From an uncultured Desulfatitalea sp. (GTDB lineage: Bacteria > Desulfobacterota > Desulfobacteria > Desulfobacterales > Desulfosarcinaceae), in NCBI GenBank assembly GCA_963668675.2, contig CAXXMB010000001.1:736001-800000 (forward strand): a stretch of 64,000 nucleotides of DNA, read 5' to 3'. Below, in pieces: positions 38,151 to 47,891 of the stretch. The notes under the pieces were generated by a model that was given only the letters and a program-made list of their open reading frames with translations, did not search any database and was not told the origin of the DNA. Positions within the stretch are counted from its first letter, which is position 1; each line of letters starts with the position of its first letter. The position numbers and the translations under genes were made by a program.

Positions 38151-38319
38151 GGTGCATCCTCTCTCATATCAGTGGTCTCTATCCTGAAGCGGTGTCACTG
38201 CAGCCCAGATAATGCCCGCACCGGTTTCAACCCCTTATCAACGCGGGCTGTGCTTGGTCTGTCGAAATTGTTTCTTCAAGTATTTTAGATCTTTTGTCAA
38301 CAGGGTTGTCGATTCGGCG

Positions 38320-39468
38320 TTATCGATGCGCCTTTTCCGAGATGGTTTTGCTCATGCGGTCAAGCGCTGTTTCAAGCAGGATACGAGAGCATCCGAAATT
38401 GAGGCGAACGAATCCCGGAGCACCGAATGCGGCGCCGTCCGAAAGCCCCACCCCTCCGTTTTCAAACAGTTCCGCCGGATTCGTCGTTTGCATGGGACGG
38501 GCATCGATCCAGGCCAGATAGGTGGCTTCAACCCGGCCCATTTCGAGCTCGGGTTTTTCGCATACCCACTCGAACACCCGATCACGGTTACCTCTCAGGT
38601 AAACAAGCAGCTGGTTGAGCCAGGGGGATCCAAATTCCAGAGCAGCTTGGGCAGCCACGAAGCCCATGACGTTGACATGGGGAACGATACCGGCCATGGC
38701 TCTTTTGAAGCGCTGACGTAGTTTGGGGTTGGAGATGACGGCGAAGGCGCATCCGAGACCTGGAATGTTGTATGTCTTGCTGGGCGCCATCAGCGTGATG
38801 GTCCTCTCTGCTACCTCCGGACTGATCGTCGCCATGGGAATGTGGCGGCACCCAGGATCCAGAACCAGATCGCAATGGATCTCGTCGGAGCAGATAACCA
38901 TACCCGATTTCAGGCAGATATCGGCCAATGTCTCGAGTTCGGGGCGGCTAAAGATCCGTCCGGTAGGGTTGTGGGGGGCGCACAGTAAAAACATGGCCGT
39001 TTTTGGATCGACAGCTAACTTTAATGCATCCCAGTCAAACTGCCACCGCTCATCGCTATACAAAAGTGTGGTCGTTTGGAGCCGTTTTCCGGCCAGTCCG
39101 GGAGCGCTTAGAAAAGGTGGATAGACCGGGACGGTGGTGAGGATGCCTGCACCGGACTTTCCCCAGCTGCGACAGGCGACATTGATCCCGGTCACCAGAC
39201 CGGGTAGCCAGACGATCCACGCCGGCTCCACTTCCCAGCGGTAGGTTTCACAGAGGTGAGTGATGAGGGTTGATTTCAGCCGCTGAGACGGGCCGCCATA
39301 ACCAAATATCCCGTGGTCGATTCTCTGATGCAGGGCGTCGAGAAGATCGGGTGGAGAGGGGAAATCCATATCGGCCACCCACATGGGAATGATGTCTCTC
39401 TCTCCGTATCGCTGCCACTTATGGCTGTCTGAACCGGTTCTGTCGACGACTGTATCAAAATCAAACAT
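38320..39468 (-). CDS. MalY/PatB-family PLP-dependent C-S lyase
   Basis: PMWVADMDF, HGIFGY, PHNPTG, SDEIH, APSKTYN, ATYLAW, RLNFG. Confidence 0.92.
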   Translation of the reverse strand: MFDFDTVVDRTGSDSHKWQRYGERDIIPMWVADMDFPSPPDLLDALHQRIDHGIFGYGGPSQRLKSTLITHLCETYRWEVEPAWIVWLPGLVTGINVACRSWGKSGAGILTTVPVYPPFLSAPGLAGKRLQTTTLLYSDERWQFDWDALKLAVDPKTAMFLLCAPHNPTGRIFSRPELETLADICLKSGMVICSDEIHCDLVLDPGCRHIPMATISPEVAERTITLMAPSKTYNIPGLGCAFAVISNPKLRQRFKRAMAGIVPHVNVMGFVAAQAALEFGSPWLNQLLVYLRGNRDRVFEWVCEKPELEMGRVEATYLAWIDARPMQTTNPAELFENGGVGLSDGAAFGAPGFVRLNFGCSRILLETALDRMSKTISEKAHR

Positions 39469-39528
39469 AAATGAATATCCAATAGGTTAGATCAAATTAT
39501 ATAAACGGATAGATTACGTTTGTTTCAT

Positions 39529-40530
39529 CTACGGTTTGATTTGAACGACACACCGTCCTTTGTGCTTTCCTTTTAGCATGGCATCCATTCGTTCGGAGAC
39601 CTCCTCCATTGCGATGAGATCCATGAAGGATTCCAGACCGGGCCGATGCCACTCGCCGGCCAATCGGTTCCAAATGGTTTTACGGATCTCTTGGGGGCAT
39701 TCGGCCGAATCGATTCCGATCAAGCTGATCCCCCTCAAAATGAAGGGGTAGACCGTCAGATCCAACTTGGGCGAAGCTGTATTCCCGCAACAAGTGACGG
39801 CACCGCCGTACTGAATCGAACGCAGTGCAAACGAGAGGATATCGCCGCCGACCGTGTCGATGGCGCCCGCAAAACGTCCTGGCAATAGAGGCTTTCCGGA
39901 TGTGTCGATGGCAGATTTGCGGTCCAACACCTCTTTTGCACCCAATTTTGTTAAAAAATCAATTGCTTCCGCCTTGCCTGAGGCAGCGACAACCGAATAG
40001 CCTCCAGCGGAAAGGATGGATACCGCCAGGCTGCCCACACCGCCACTGGCACCGGTTACCAGAACATCACCGCTTTGGGGTGTAATTCCGGCATCCTCCA
40101 GTTTGAGCAAACTGAGAGCTGCCGTTAGACCGGCAGTGCCATACATCATGCTCTGTTTGAGCGTCATGTCGCGGGGCAGACGAATCACCCAATCGGCCGG
40201 CACTCGGATATACTCCGCCAATCCACCGGAGGTGTTCATCCCCAGGTCATGGCCAGTGACGAGGACCGGCTCTCCAATAGAAAAGTCGTCACAACTGCTG
40301 TCCGCAACCTCACCGGCTGCATCGATCCCAGGTGTGTGGGGGTAGCGGCGGGTGACCCCTTTGTTCCCAGAGGCGGAGAGAGCATCTTTATAGTTGAGGG
40401 AAGAATAATGGACCTTGATTAAAACATCGCCTTTGGGTAAATCAGAAACCGCTCTGGTCTGGATACTGCTGACAAATTGATGGTCAGCCGTCTCTTCGAC
40501 TACTATGGCGCGAAACAATGTCTGGGTCAT
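39529..40530 (-). CDS. YhdH/AcuI-family NADPH oxidoreductase (acryloyl-CoA reductase-like)
   Basis: SSLNYKDAL, PGIDAAG, GTAGLTA, GASGGVGS, PFILRG. Confidence 0.9.
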   Translation of the reverse strand: MTQTLFRAIVVEETADHQFVSSIQTRAVSDLPKGDVLIKVHYSSLNYKDALSASGNKGVTRRYPHTPGIDAAGEVADSSCDDFSIGEPVLVTGHDLGMNTSGGLAEYIRVPADWVIRLPRDMTLKQSMMYGTAGLTAALSLLKLEDAGITPQSGDVLVTGASGGVGSLAVSILSAGGYSVVAASGKAEAIDFLTKLGAKEVLDRKSAIDTSGKPLLPGRFAGAIDTVGGDILSFALRSIQYGGAVTCCGNTASPKLDLTVYPFILRGISLIGIDSAECPQEIRKTIWNRLAGEWHRPGLESFMDLIAMEEVSERMDAMLKGKHKGRCVVQIKP

Positions 40531-40592
40531 GTTGATTACCTCCCATCAGGTATGGTTTTATCTGCTGCAAGCCTCAACGGAATAGAGCTGAT

Positions 40593-41483
40593 ATGGTCGA
40601 AACCCCTATTATTGAAGCCATCGGCGTGAGCAAACAGTACGGTTCGGTAACTGCTGTGGACAATCTGGATCTGTCGGTTCCACAAGGTGTCTGTTTCGGG
40701 TTGCTTGGGCCGAACGGCGCCGGGAAAACGACCTTGATCGAAATGATCGAAGATATCATCTCTACCAGCTCCGGTGAATTTCGCTACCAGGGAAAGCGCC
40801 GTTCGGCCTCATTTCGTGAGAAGATTGGCATCATGTTCCAACAGACCTCCCTGTTGGGCTTTATGACCGTATACGAAACGTTGCGTACTTTCCAGGCCCT
40901 TTACCACCATTCCTATGATATCGAGCAGTTGATTCGGCTATGTCACCTTGACGATATCCGCAGACAGCTTAACGATAAAATTTCCGGAGGCCAGCGTCAA
41001 CGATTGTTGCTGGCGCTGGCACTCATCAATCAGCCCGAACTGCTTTTTCTCGACGAGCCGAGCACCGGCCTCGATCCCCAGGCGAGGCGAAACATGTGGG
41101 ATATTGTTCATCGTATCAAACGTGATGGCAAGACCATTATCCTCACCACCCACTATATGGAGGAGGCCCAACAACTATGCGATATCGTGGCCATAATGGA
41201 TAAGGGCAAAATTATCGCCAAGGGCCATCCGGAGGAGTTGATCCGCCGTTATACGAGCGGGGCAGAAATTGTGTTGCCAACCGAGGCACTGGGGGATGGA
41301 AAAGGTGTTCTGCCCCTTGAGACAGCGGCAGAAGGGGGGCACCTGACTATCCAGGTGGAGGATATGAACGTAGCGATTGAAACGCTTTTGGCCGCTGGGG
41401 CCGATCTGACCCACCTGAGCGTCCACAATCCGACCCTTGAGACCGTATTCTTGAACCTTACCGGACGCCAATTGAGGGATTGA
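40593..41483 (+). CDS. ABC transporter ATP-binding protein
   Basis: GPNGAGKTT, ISGGQ, LDEPSTGLD, TTHYMEEA. Confidence 0.93.
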   Translation: MVETPIIEAIGVSKQYGSVTAVDNLDLSVPQGVCFGLLGPNGAGKTTLIEMIEDIISTSSGEFRYQGKRRSASFREKIGIMFQQTSLLGFMTVYETLRTFQALYHHSYDIEQLIRLCHLDDIRRQLNDKISGGQRQRLLLALALINQPELLFLDEPSTGLDPQARRNMWDIVHRIKRDGKTIILTTHYMEEAQQLCDIVAIMDKGKIIAKGHPEELIRRYTSGAEIVLPTEALGDGKGVLPLETAAEGGHLTIQVEDMNVAIETLLAAGADLTHLSVHNPTLETVFLNLTGRQLRD

Positions 41484-41485
41484 TA

Positions 41486-42535
41486 ATGAATTTCAGCCGC
41501 ATGTGGGCCATCTTCGTTTCACGCAATCGGGAATTTTTTCGGGACAAGGCCGCTTTCGGGTGGAATTTGTTGTTTCCATTCTTGATCATCGCAGGTTTTG
41601 CCATCATTTTCGGTGGAGATGAACGCAAAGAGTTCAAAGTAGGCGTCTTTCCTTGCGCCTCGTCGCAGGGGGCGGATATCGACCGCTGCGTTCCGCCGCA
41701 AATAGAGTTCATCAAACAGGTGCAATTCATTGGGTTCCCAACCCAAGGTGAGGGGATAGACAAACTCAAGCATCACAAGGTCGATCTGCTGATCGAAAGA
41801 GGAAATACGCCATTGCACTATTGGGTCAATGATACAGCTCCTAAAGGGTATGTCGTCGAAAAGATGATCCAGGGGGTGCTGAACCAGGGAACCGACCATG
41901 TGATGGTGCGTCAGGAGGTGGTCTCCACCGTGCCGATTCGGTACATCGACTGGCTTTTCCCGGGAATCATCGGCATGAATATCATGTTCTCGGCACTTTA
42001 TGGTGTCGGCTTTGTCGTGGTCAGATACCGTAAAAACGGGGTGCTGAAACGCCTTAAAGCGACACCCTTAACGGCCTTCGAGTATCTGAGCGCCCAAATG
42101 CTTTCAAGGCTCTTCGTCATCGCCTTTTCGTTGACGATATTGTGGATCGGCTGCGATTTGATATTTGATTTTCATGTTGAGGGCTCTTACATCGATCTTG
42201 CCATTGTTTTCATGGTCGGCAATCTAAGCCTCACTTCACTGGGGCTGATCATTGCATCCCGGGGAACCAGCGAGGAGTTTGCCAATGGGCTGCTTAATTT
42301 TATCACTTGGCCGATGATGTTTCTGTCTGAGGTGTGGTTCTCTTTGGAGGGCGCTCCCCGTTGGGTCACAATGGTTTCGGAGATGCTGCCCCTTACACAC
42401 CTTCTCTCCGGAGTGCGGAAAATCATGAATGACGGTGCGGCGTTGGTCGATGTGCAGCTTGAACTGGCCGTTCTTTGCGGATTCACCCTGGTGTTTCTCT
42501 CGGTTGGCGCTTCCCTCTTTTCGTGGAACAAGTAG
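41486..42535 (+). CDS. ABC-2 type exporter permease
   Basis: REFFRD, YIDWLFPG, LKRLKATP, six TM helices; directly after the ATPase. Confidence 0.9.
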   Translation: MNFSRMWAIFVSRNREFFRDKAAFGWNLLFPFLIIAGFAIIFGGDERKEFKVGVFPCASSQGADIDRCVPPQIEFIKQVQFIGFPTQGEGIDKLKHHKVDLLIERGNTPLHYWVNDTAPKGYVVEKMIQGVLNQGTDHVMVRQEVVSTVPIRYIDWLFPGIIGMNIMFSALYGVGFVVVRYRKNGVLKRLKATPLTAFEYLSAQMLSRLFVIAFSLTILWIGCDLIFDFHVEGSYIDLAIVFMVGNLSLTSLGLIIASRGTSEEFANGLLNFITWPMMFLSEVWFSLEGAPRWVTMVSEMLPLTHLLSGVRKIMNDGAALVDVQLELAVLCGFTLVFLSVGASLFSWNK

Positions 42536-42701
42536 ATGCAACCATTTCTATGCAATCTGGTGAAAATATGATATTAAAAACTCAACCACCAAAAAGACGC
42601 GCTTCAGCGGGCGGTTATGACTGCAGCTGGCCACACGATTTAGAATAAACAATATAATATATAAAAACGGCTAATTGATTACAGTTAAAGGAGACGTGAA
42701 T

Positions 42702-43094
42702 ATGAAAATTATGGTTTGCTACGATGGTTCCGGGGCGTCAAGATCCGCACTGAGGGTGGCGATCAGACATGCCAAAGCACTCGATGCGAAAGTTTATTTG
42801 GTGGCCTCCATGGAGAAGGGTACCGAGGATGAACAGAAGGTGATCCAGCAACTCGAGATCGAATTGAAGAACGCCAAAGAGAAGCTGGGTAATGAAGGCA
42901 TCGAATGTGAAACCCATTTGCTGGTGCGCGGCATGACGCCGGATGAAGATCTGGTTTCCTATGCCAAAGAGCAGGGTATCGACGAGATCGCCATCGGTAT
43001 TCGGAAACGGTCCAAGGTGGGAAAATTGATTTTCGGTTCAACCGCGCAGTACCTGATTTTGAACGCCCACTGCCCGGTCATTACGGTGAAATAG
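42702..43094 (+). CDS. Universal stress protein
   Basis: KIMVCYDGS, IAIG...IFGSTAQ...AHCPVITVK; AAAGGAG RBS. Confidence 0.92.
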   Translation: MKIMVCYDGSGASRSALRVAIRHAKALDAKVYLVASMEKGTEDEQKVIQQLEIELKNAKEKLGNEGIECETHLLVRGMTPDEDLVSYAKEQGIDEIAIGIRKRSKVGKLIFGSTAQYLILNAHCPVITVK

Positions 43095-43123
43095 TCGACC
43101 GCTTTCTCTTTTTTGAAACGTAT

Positions 43124-43152
43124 AAAGCCACCCGCCGGTTAGGTGGCTTTTT
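43124..43152. terminator. Bidirectional intrinsic terminator
   Basis: AAAGCCACC...GGTGGCTTTTT between convergent usp and DUF711 genes. Confidence 0.7.
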
Positions 43153-43155
43153 CTA

Positions 43156-44529
43156 TCAGTTGGTCAGGCTTTGGATGGGGGAGGGGATCAAGCCGCCTCT
43201 CTCGACAAACAGGTTGTTGCCTGTCGCGCCATTGACGGACATGATGACGGATTCCCCAAGCAGCCCGCCGAAATAGGCGTGATCGCCCGCTTTCTTGCCG
43301 GGAACCGGGATGATGCGGGCGGCGGTGGTCTTTCGATTGATGACGCCGATGGCCATCTCATCGGCAATGATCGCGGACAAGGTTTCGGCCGAAGTGTCGC
43401 CGGGCAGGGCGACCATGTCGAGTCCGACCGAACAGACGCTTGTCATCGCTTCAAGCTTTTCCAGAGATAGATGGCCTTTGCGGGCCGATTCGGAGATGTT
43501 GAGGTCTTCGCTTACCGGAATGAAGGCGCCACTCAACCCCCCGACGTTCGAACTGGCAAACGCTCCCCCTTTCTTTACGGCGTCGTTCAGCAACGCCAGG
43601 GCTGCGGTGCTTCCAGGCAAGCCGATACTGCCAATACCAAGACTTTGAAAAATTTCACCTACGCTGTCGCCCACATTCGGGGTCGGTGCCAAGGAGAGGT
43701 CGACGACGCCGAAACGGACGCCAAGGTGTTCTGCAACCTCGCGACCGATCAGTTCGCCGGCACGGGTCACCTTATACGCCGTACGTTTGATCAGCTCTGA
43801 AATCTGCTGCAAATCAAGATTGGGGGTATCCTTCAAAGCGCGATCGATGGCCTTTTTCACCACTCCCGGGCCGCTGACACCGACGTTGATGACCACATCC
43901 GCCTCGCCGATTCCCAGGTAGGCCCCGGCCATAAACGGAATATCCTGGGGGATGTTGGCAAACACGCACAGCTTCGCGCATGCGATGCCATCTTTGTCGG
44001 CACTCATTTCAGACGCTCTCTTGATTTGGCGGCCCATCAACAAGATGGCATCCATATTGATGCCGGCCCTGGTGGTGGCCACGTTGACGGAGGCGCAGAC
44101 CCTCTCCGTTTCGGTCAGGGCCTGGGGCAGCGCATCGATAAGTGCCTGGTCGCCAGAGGCGATCCCCTTCTCCACAAGTGCGGAAAAGCCACCGATAAAA
44201 TCCACGTCGACGGTGTGGGCGGCGCGATCCAGGGCGTTTGCAACGACAATCATCTGTTCGGCGCAGAAGGGGGCGGCGGCCACGGCGATGGGGCTGACAG
44301 AGACGCGCTTGTTGACGACCGGAATGCCGTACTTCTCCCCGACCAGATCACACGTACTGACCAGCTTTTCGGCTTTGCGGGCGATGCGATCATATATGTT
44401 GTCCGTGAAACGCTTCAGGTCGTCGCTCGCGCAGCTCAGCAGGCTCACGCCCATTGTCACGGTTCTAAGGTCCAGGTGTTCATCGCGCAGCATGTCCAGA
44501 ACGGACAGGATTTCACTATCACTTAGCAT
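43156..44529 (-). CDS. DUF711/UPF0210 (PFL-fold) protein
   Basis: LDLRTVTMG, NKRVSVSP, PFMAGA, NVGVSGPG, DLSLAPTP, GGLSGAFIPVSED, CSVGLDM. Confidence 0.92.
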   Translation of the reverse strand: MLSDSEILSVLDMLRDEHLDLRTVTMGVSLLSCASDDLKRFTDNIYDRIARKAEKLVSTCDLVGEKYGIPVVNKRVSVSPIAVAAAPFCAEQMIVVANALDRAAHTVDVDFIGGFSALVEKGIASGDQALIDALPQALTETERVCASVNVATTRAGINMDAILLMGRQIKRASEMSADKDGIACAKLCVFANIPQDIPFMAGAYLGIGEADVVINVGVSGPGVVKKAIDRALKDTPNLDLQQISELIKRTAYKVTRAGELIGREVAEHLGVRFGVVDLSLAPTPNVGDSVGEIFQSLGIGSIGLPGSTAALALLNDAVKKGGAFASSNVGGLSGAFIPVSEDLNISESARKGHLSLEKLEAMTSVCSVGLDMVALPGDTSAETLSAIIADEMAIGVINRKTTAARIIPVPGKKAGDHAYFGGLLGESVIMSVNGATGNNLFVERGGLIPSPIQSLTN

Positions 44530-44594
44530 GGATAACAATTCCTTGGTAATGGTTGGCCCGACGGATGGCAGGGCCGAAATAAAAAAAGCCCATC

Positions 44595-45149
44595 CTACAA
44601 TCGGTTCATGGCTTTGAATATGTTTTTATGCTGGAAATTGACCTCCAGATTCAGCTCATTGCCTTTGGATTTCAGGTCTGATCTAAGCCGCTGATGGTCA
44701 ACATCCAGGGGGATATCCACCTCGTAAATCATTATGTTTTTACCGGGCTCGAGGCCTCCTCTGAAAACCGCCTGTAATTGGGTGACGTTGACATTGTGGT
44801 TTGCCAGAACTGCGGTGATCTCAGACACGAGTCCCTTGCGGTCGGGACCTCGTGTGGTGATGACAAAGGATTCACAAGCGCACTCCGTCCAGGTAAAGGG
44901 GGCCGGATCCATCTCTCTGATGTGATAGTGCATGTTCGTATCGCGGGTGCCCTCCCGCAGCTCCGTGTATAAACCTTCCGGATCGATTTGATCGGGTCCG
45001 GTAACGATAAAAATGCCTGAGAACTGGGATTGCAAAATGGTTTGACTGACATCCTCGATGTTGAAGTTCTTCTCAAAAAGAACACGCGTCACCGCCGCAA
45101 TGATTCCCGGTCGATCTTTCCCCAGTACCGAAATGATGAACTTTTTCAT
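44595..45149 (-). CDS. Tandem ACT-domain protein (GcvR/UPF0237-like)
   Basis: GKDRPGII and GPDRKGLV ACT motifs, C-terminal QHKNIFKAMNRL; usual partner of DUF711. Confidence 0.88.
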   Translation of the reverse strand: MKKFIISVLGKDRPGIIAAVTRVLFEKNFNIEDVSQTILQSQFSGIFIVTGPDQIDPEGLYTELREGTRDTNMHYHIREMDPAPFTWTECACESFVITTRGPDRKGLVSEITAVLANHNVNVTQLQAVFRGGLEPGKNIMIYEVDIPLDVDHQRLRSDLKSKGNELNLEVNFQHKNIFKAMNRL

Positions 45150-45520
45150 CTTTTCTTATTCCATTCTTATTCCATATATAAATTATTAAAAGTAATAGCT
45201 TGTTAGATTATTTTGTATGAACTTGAAGTTTACTAATTATCCGATCTTGCTTGTGGCATCATATCGGACGTGATCCGGCATGACGTGAAATCGGATGGCG
45301 CGATCTCGCGATCTATTGACACATCAGATGTTAAGATGTCTATATGGAGGAAAATCGGTACCCTGTCAATCGGCTTCTATCGGCCATACAGAGGGGGACT
45401 GGCGATCGGGCCGCAGATCGTATCGTGCCTTACTAAAGTTCGATCGTTTTTGACCGATTCAAACCGTTAGAGAACTTTGACGCCGCTTGGCAGAACGGAT
45501 TTAACGATATCGGGCTTCAG

Positions 45521-46822
45521 ATGGTTACGCTTATTACGACACATAAAAATGCCGATTTCGATGCTGTGGCATCGATGACCGCTGCGTTGCTTCTCTATCC
45601 GGACGCATTGGTGCTTCCCCCTAAACCGCTCAATCCAAACGTCAAGGCTTTTCTTTCGCTGCATAAGGATCTTTTCCCGTGGAGTGAAAAGCCGGCGCCA
45701 GCTACGGCAAACGCCAAAAGGCTGATTGTGGTGGATACGGCCGAGTGGAGCCGGCTCTCTTATGCCAAAGCGCTTCAGGCAATCGCCGACTTGGAGATTC
45801 TCATCTGGGATCACCACCGTTCGTCCAAAATGATCCCGGCAACTTGGCAGTGTTGTGAGCCGGTGGGTGCCAACATCACCCTGATGATGCGTTGTCTCAA
45901 TGCTAAAGGGATCAAATTAACCCCCATACAGGCCACGCTTTTTCTTGCCGGTCTTTATGAAGACACAGGCCAACTCACGTTCTCGAACACCACTGCCGAG
46001 GATGCCCACGCGGCAGGTGACCTGCTCTCCCAAGGGGCCGATTTGAAAATATTGGGAAAGTTTTTAAGGCCCGCGTACGGGGAGAAACAGAAAGACGTCC
46101 TCTTTGATATGCTCAAAGGCGCGCGGCGACAGAAGGTGAATGGGCATTCAATCAGCATCAGCAGGCTACCGGTAGAGGGCCATGTGAGCGGTCTGGCACT
46201 CGTGGTCAACATGTACCGCGACATCATGAATGTGGACGCGGCTTTCGGCATATTTTGCCTCCCGAACGATGAACGCTGTATGGTGATCGGGCGCAGCGAT
46301 GTCGAGGGCCTCAATATCGGGAGTATCATGCGCAGCATGGGGGGCGGGGGACACCCCGGAGCCGGCTCGGCCATGCTGAAGAGCGTCAATCCGGAGGCGG
46401 TGACAGAGATGATTCTAAGCCTCGTAGAGGGAAATCAGCAGGCCTCGGTACAGATCAGCGACCTGATGTCGTTTCCTGTTATCACCGTAGAACCTTCGGC
46501 AACCATGGACGCGGCCGCCAAGATCATGCGCGCTAAGGGGTGCACCGGCCTTCCGGTGGCAGAGGGGAATCGGTTGGTAGGGATGATTTCACGGCGTGAT
46601 TTCCAAAAGGTGCGCGGCGAGAAAAGACTTCAATCGCCGGTAAAAGCCTTCATGCGACATCCGGTGCAGACCATCCATCCGGGTATCAGCCCGCTGCAGG
46701 CGGCCAGGATCATGATCAGGAAAGATATCGGGCGGCTACCCGTTGTCGAGGAGAGGGACCTGATCGGCATCGTTACCCGATCGGATGTCATGTGCTACTT
46801 CTATGATCTGTTGCCTGATTGA
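45521..46822 (+). CDS. DHH/DHHA1 phosphoesterase with C-terminal CBS pair
   Basis: THKNADFDA, VVDT, WDHH, YEDTG, GGGGHPGA, two CBS repeats. Confidence 0.85.
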   Translation: MVTLITTHKNADFDAVASMTAALLLYPDALVLPPKPLNPNVKAFLSLHKDLFPWSEKPAPATANAKRLIVVDTAEWSRLSYAKALQAIADLEILIWDHHRSSKMIPATWQCCEPVGANITLMMRCLNAKGIKLTPIQATLFLAGLYEDTGQLTFSNTTAEDAHAAGDLLSQGADLKILGKFLRPAYGEKQKDVLFDMLKGARRQKVNGHSISISRLPVEGHVSGLALVVNMYRDIMNVDAAFGIFCLPNDERCMVIGRSDVEGLNIGSIMRSMGGGGHPGAGSAMLKSVNPEAVTEMILSLVEGNQQASVQISDLMSFPVITVEPSATMDAAAKIMRAKGCTGLPVAEGNRLVGMISRRDFQKVRGEKRLQSPVKAFMRHPVQTIHPGISPLQAARIMIRKDIGRLPVVEERDLIGIVTRSDVMCYFYDLLPD

Positions 46823-46833
46823 TCTATTTTGAT

Positions 46834-47841
46834 TTATTGCTGCATCCCTCGCTCTTTCAGCCACGATGCAAGTCTGCGCAGCCCCTCATTTGTTGAAACC
46901 TCGGGGTGGTAGCCCAGATCGCGTCTGGCCGCTTCAATATTGAACCAGTGGGAGGTGGCCAACTCCCTGGCCACAAAGCGGGTCATGGGAGGTTCCGAAT
47001 TTTTTCCGAGTAGATGGTAGAGCAGTTCGCACATTGCGCCGGCGAACCAGGCCATGCCGGGTGATATGGTCTTGGTTACCGGTGGGCGACCCCCGGCCGC
47101 CAGAATGTGATCGATCATCTGCCAAAGGGAAATGGGGTCGTCCTGACTGATGAAATAGCTTCGCCCCGAAAGGCCGGGGTTTTCGGAGAGCCGCTTTTCG
47201 GCCAGGATATGGGCCTGGGCGGCGTTATCGATATAGATGGTGTCGACCTTGTTAGTCCCGTCGCCCACCCGGCGCAGTTTGTCGGCCTTGGCTATAAGAC
47301 GCGGGGTCAGGTGGTTGTCGCCGGGGCCCCATATGAGATGAGGACGCAGGGCCACGGCAGGGAGACCATCCCTGGCCGCTTTGAGAACCGCCTGTTCGGC
47401 AATGGCTTTGGTCCTGGGGTAGTGGGCTTCGTAGTGGGTAGGATAGGGCATCGATTCGTCCACCCCCTCCATATCACCGCCGTCGAATACCACACTTGGT
47501 GAACTGGTGTAGATGAGCCGCTTTACACCGGCCTCTTTGCAGGCCTTGATTACATTGAGTGTGCCCAATACATTCGTTTCGTAATAGTCGGTATATTTCC
47601 CCCATACTCCTGGCCGGGCAGCCACATGGAAGACTGCCTCCACCCCCTGGCAGGCCCGCTTGACGTCATCCAAATTCGCAAGGTCACCGCTTATATGCGA
47701 CACCCCGAGCTGCTCCAGTTGAGGATATCGATGGCGGGAGAAACTCTGGATACGCTCTCCTTTTGCCGCGAGCGATTTGACGATGGCACTTCCGAGGAAC
47801 CCGCCACCGCCGGTGACCAAAAGGACTCTCTTCTTATCCAT
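46834..47841 (-). CDS. oleD: 2-alkyl-3-oxoalkanoate reductase OleD
   Basis: GGGGFLG, YTSSPSV, YPRTK, LRPHLIWGPGD; last gene of the ole run. Confidence 0.88.
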   Translation of the reverse strand: MDKKRVLLVTGGGGFLGSAIVKSLAAKGERIQSFSRHRYPQLEQLGVSHISGDLANLDDVKRACQGVEAVFHVAARPGVWGKYTDYYETNVLGTLNVIKACKEAGVKRLIYTSSPSVVFDGGDMEGVDESMPYPTHYEAHYPRTKAIAEQAVLKAARDGLPAVALRPHLIWGPGDNHLTPRLIAKADKLRRVGDGTNKVDTIYIDNAAQAHILAEKRLSENPGLSGRSYFISQDDPISLWQMIDHILAAGGRPPVTKTISPGMAWFAGAMCELLYHLLGKNSEPPMTRFVARELATSHWFNIEAARRDLGYHPEVSTNEGLRRLASWLKERGMQQ

Positions 47842-47891
47842 GGGACACTGTTCACCTTTCCCCTGTCAATGGTGAGTGACGGCCGTCGTGT

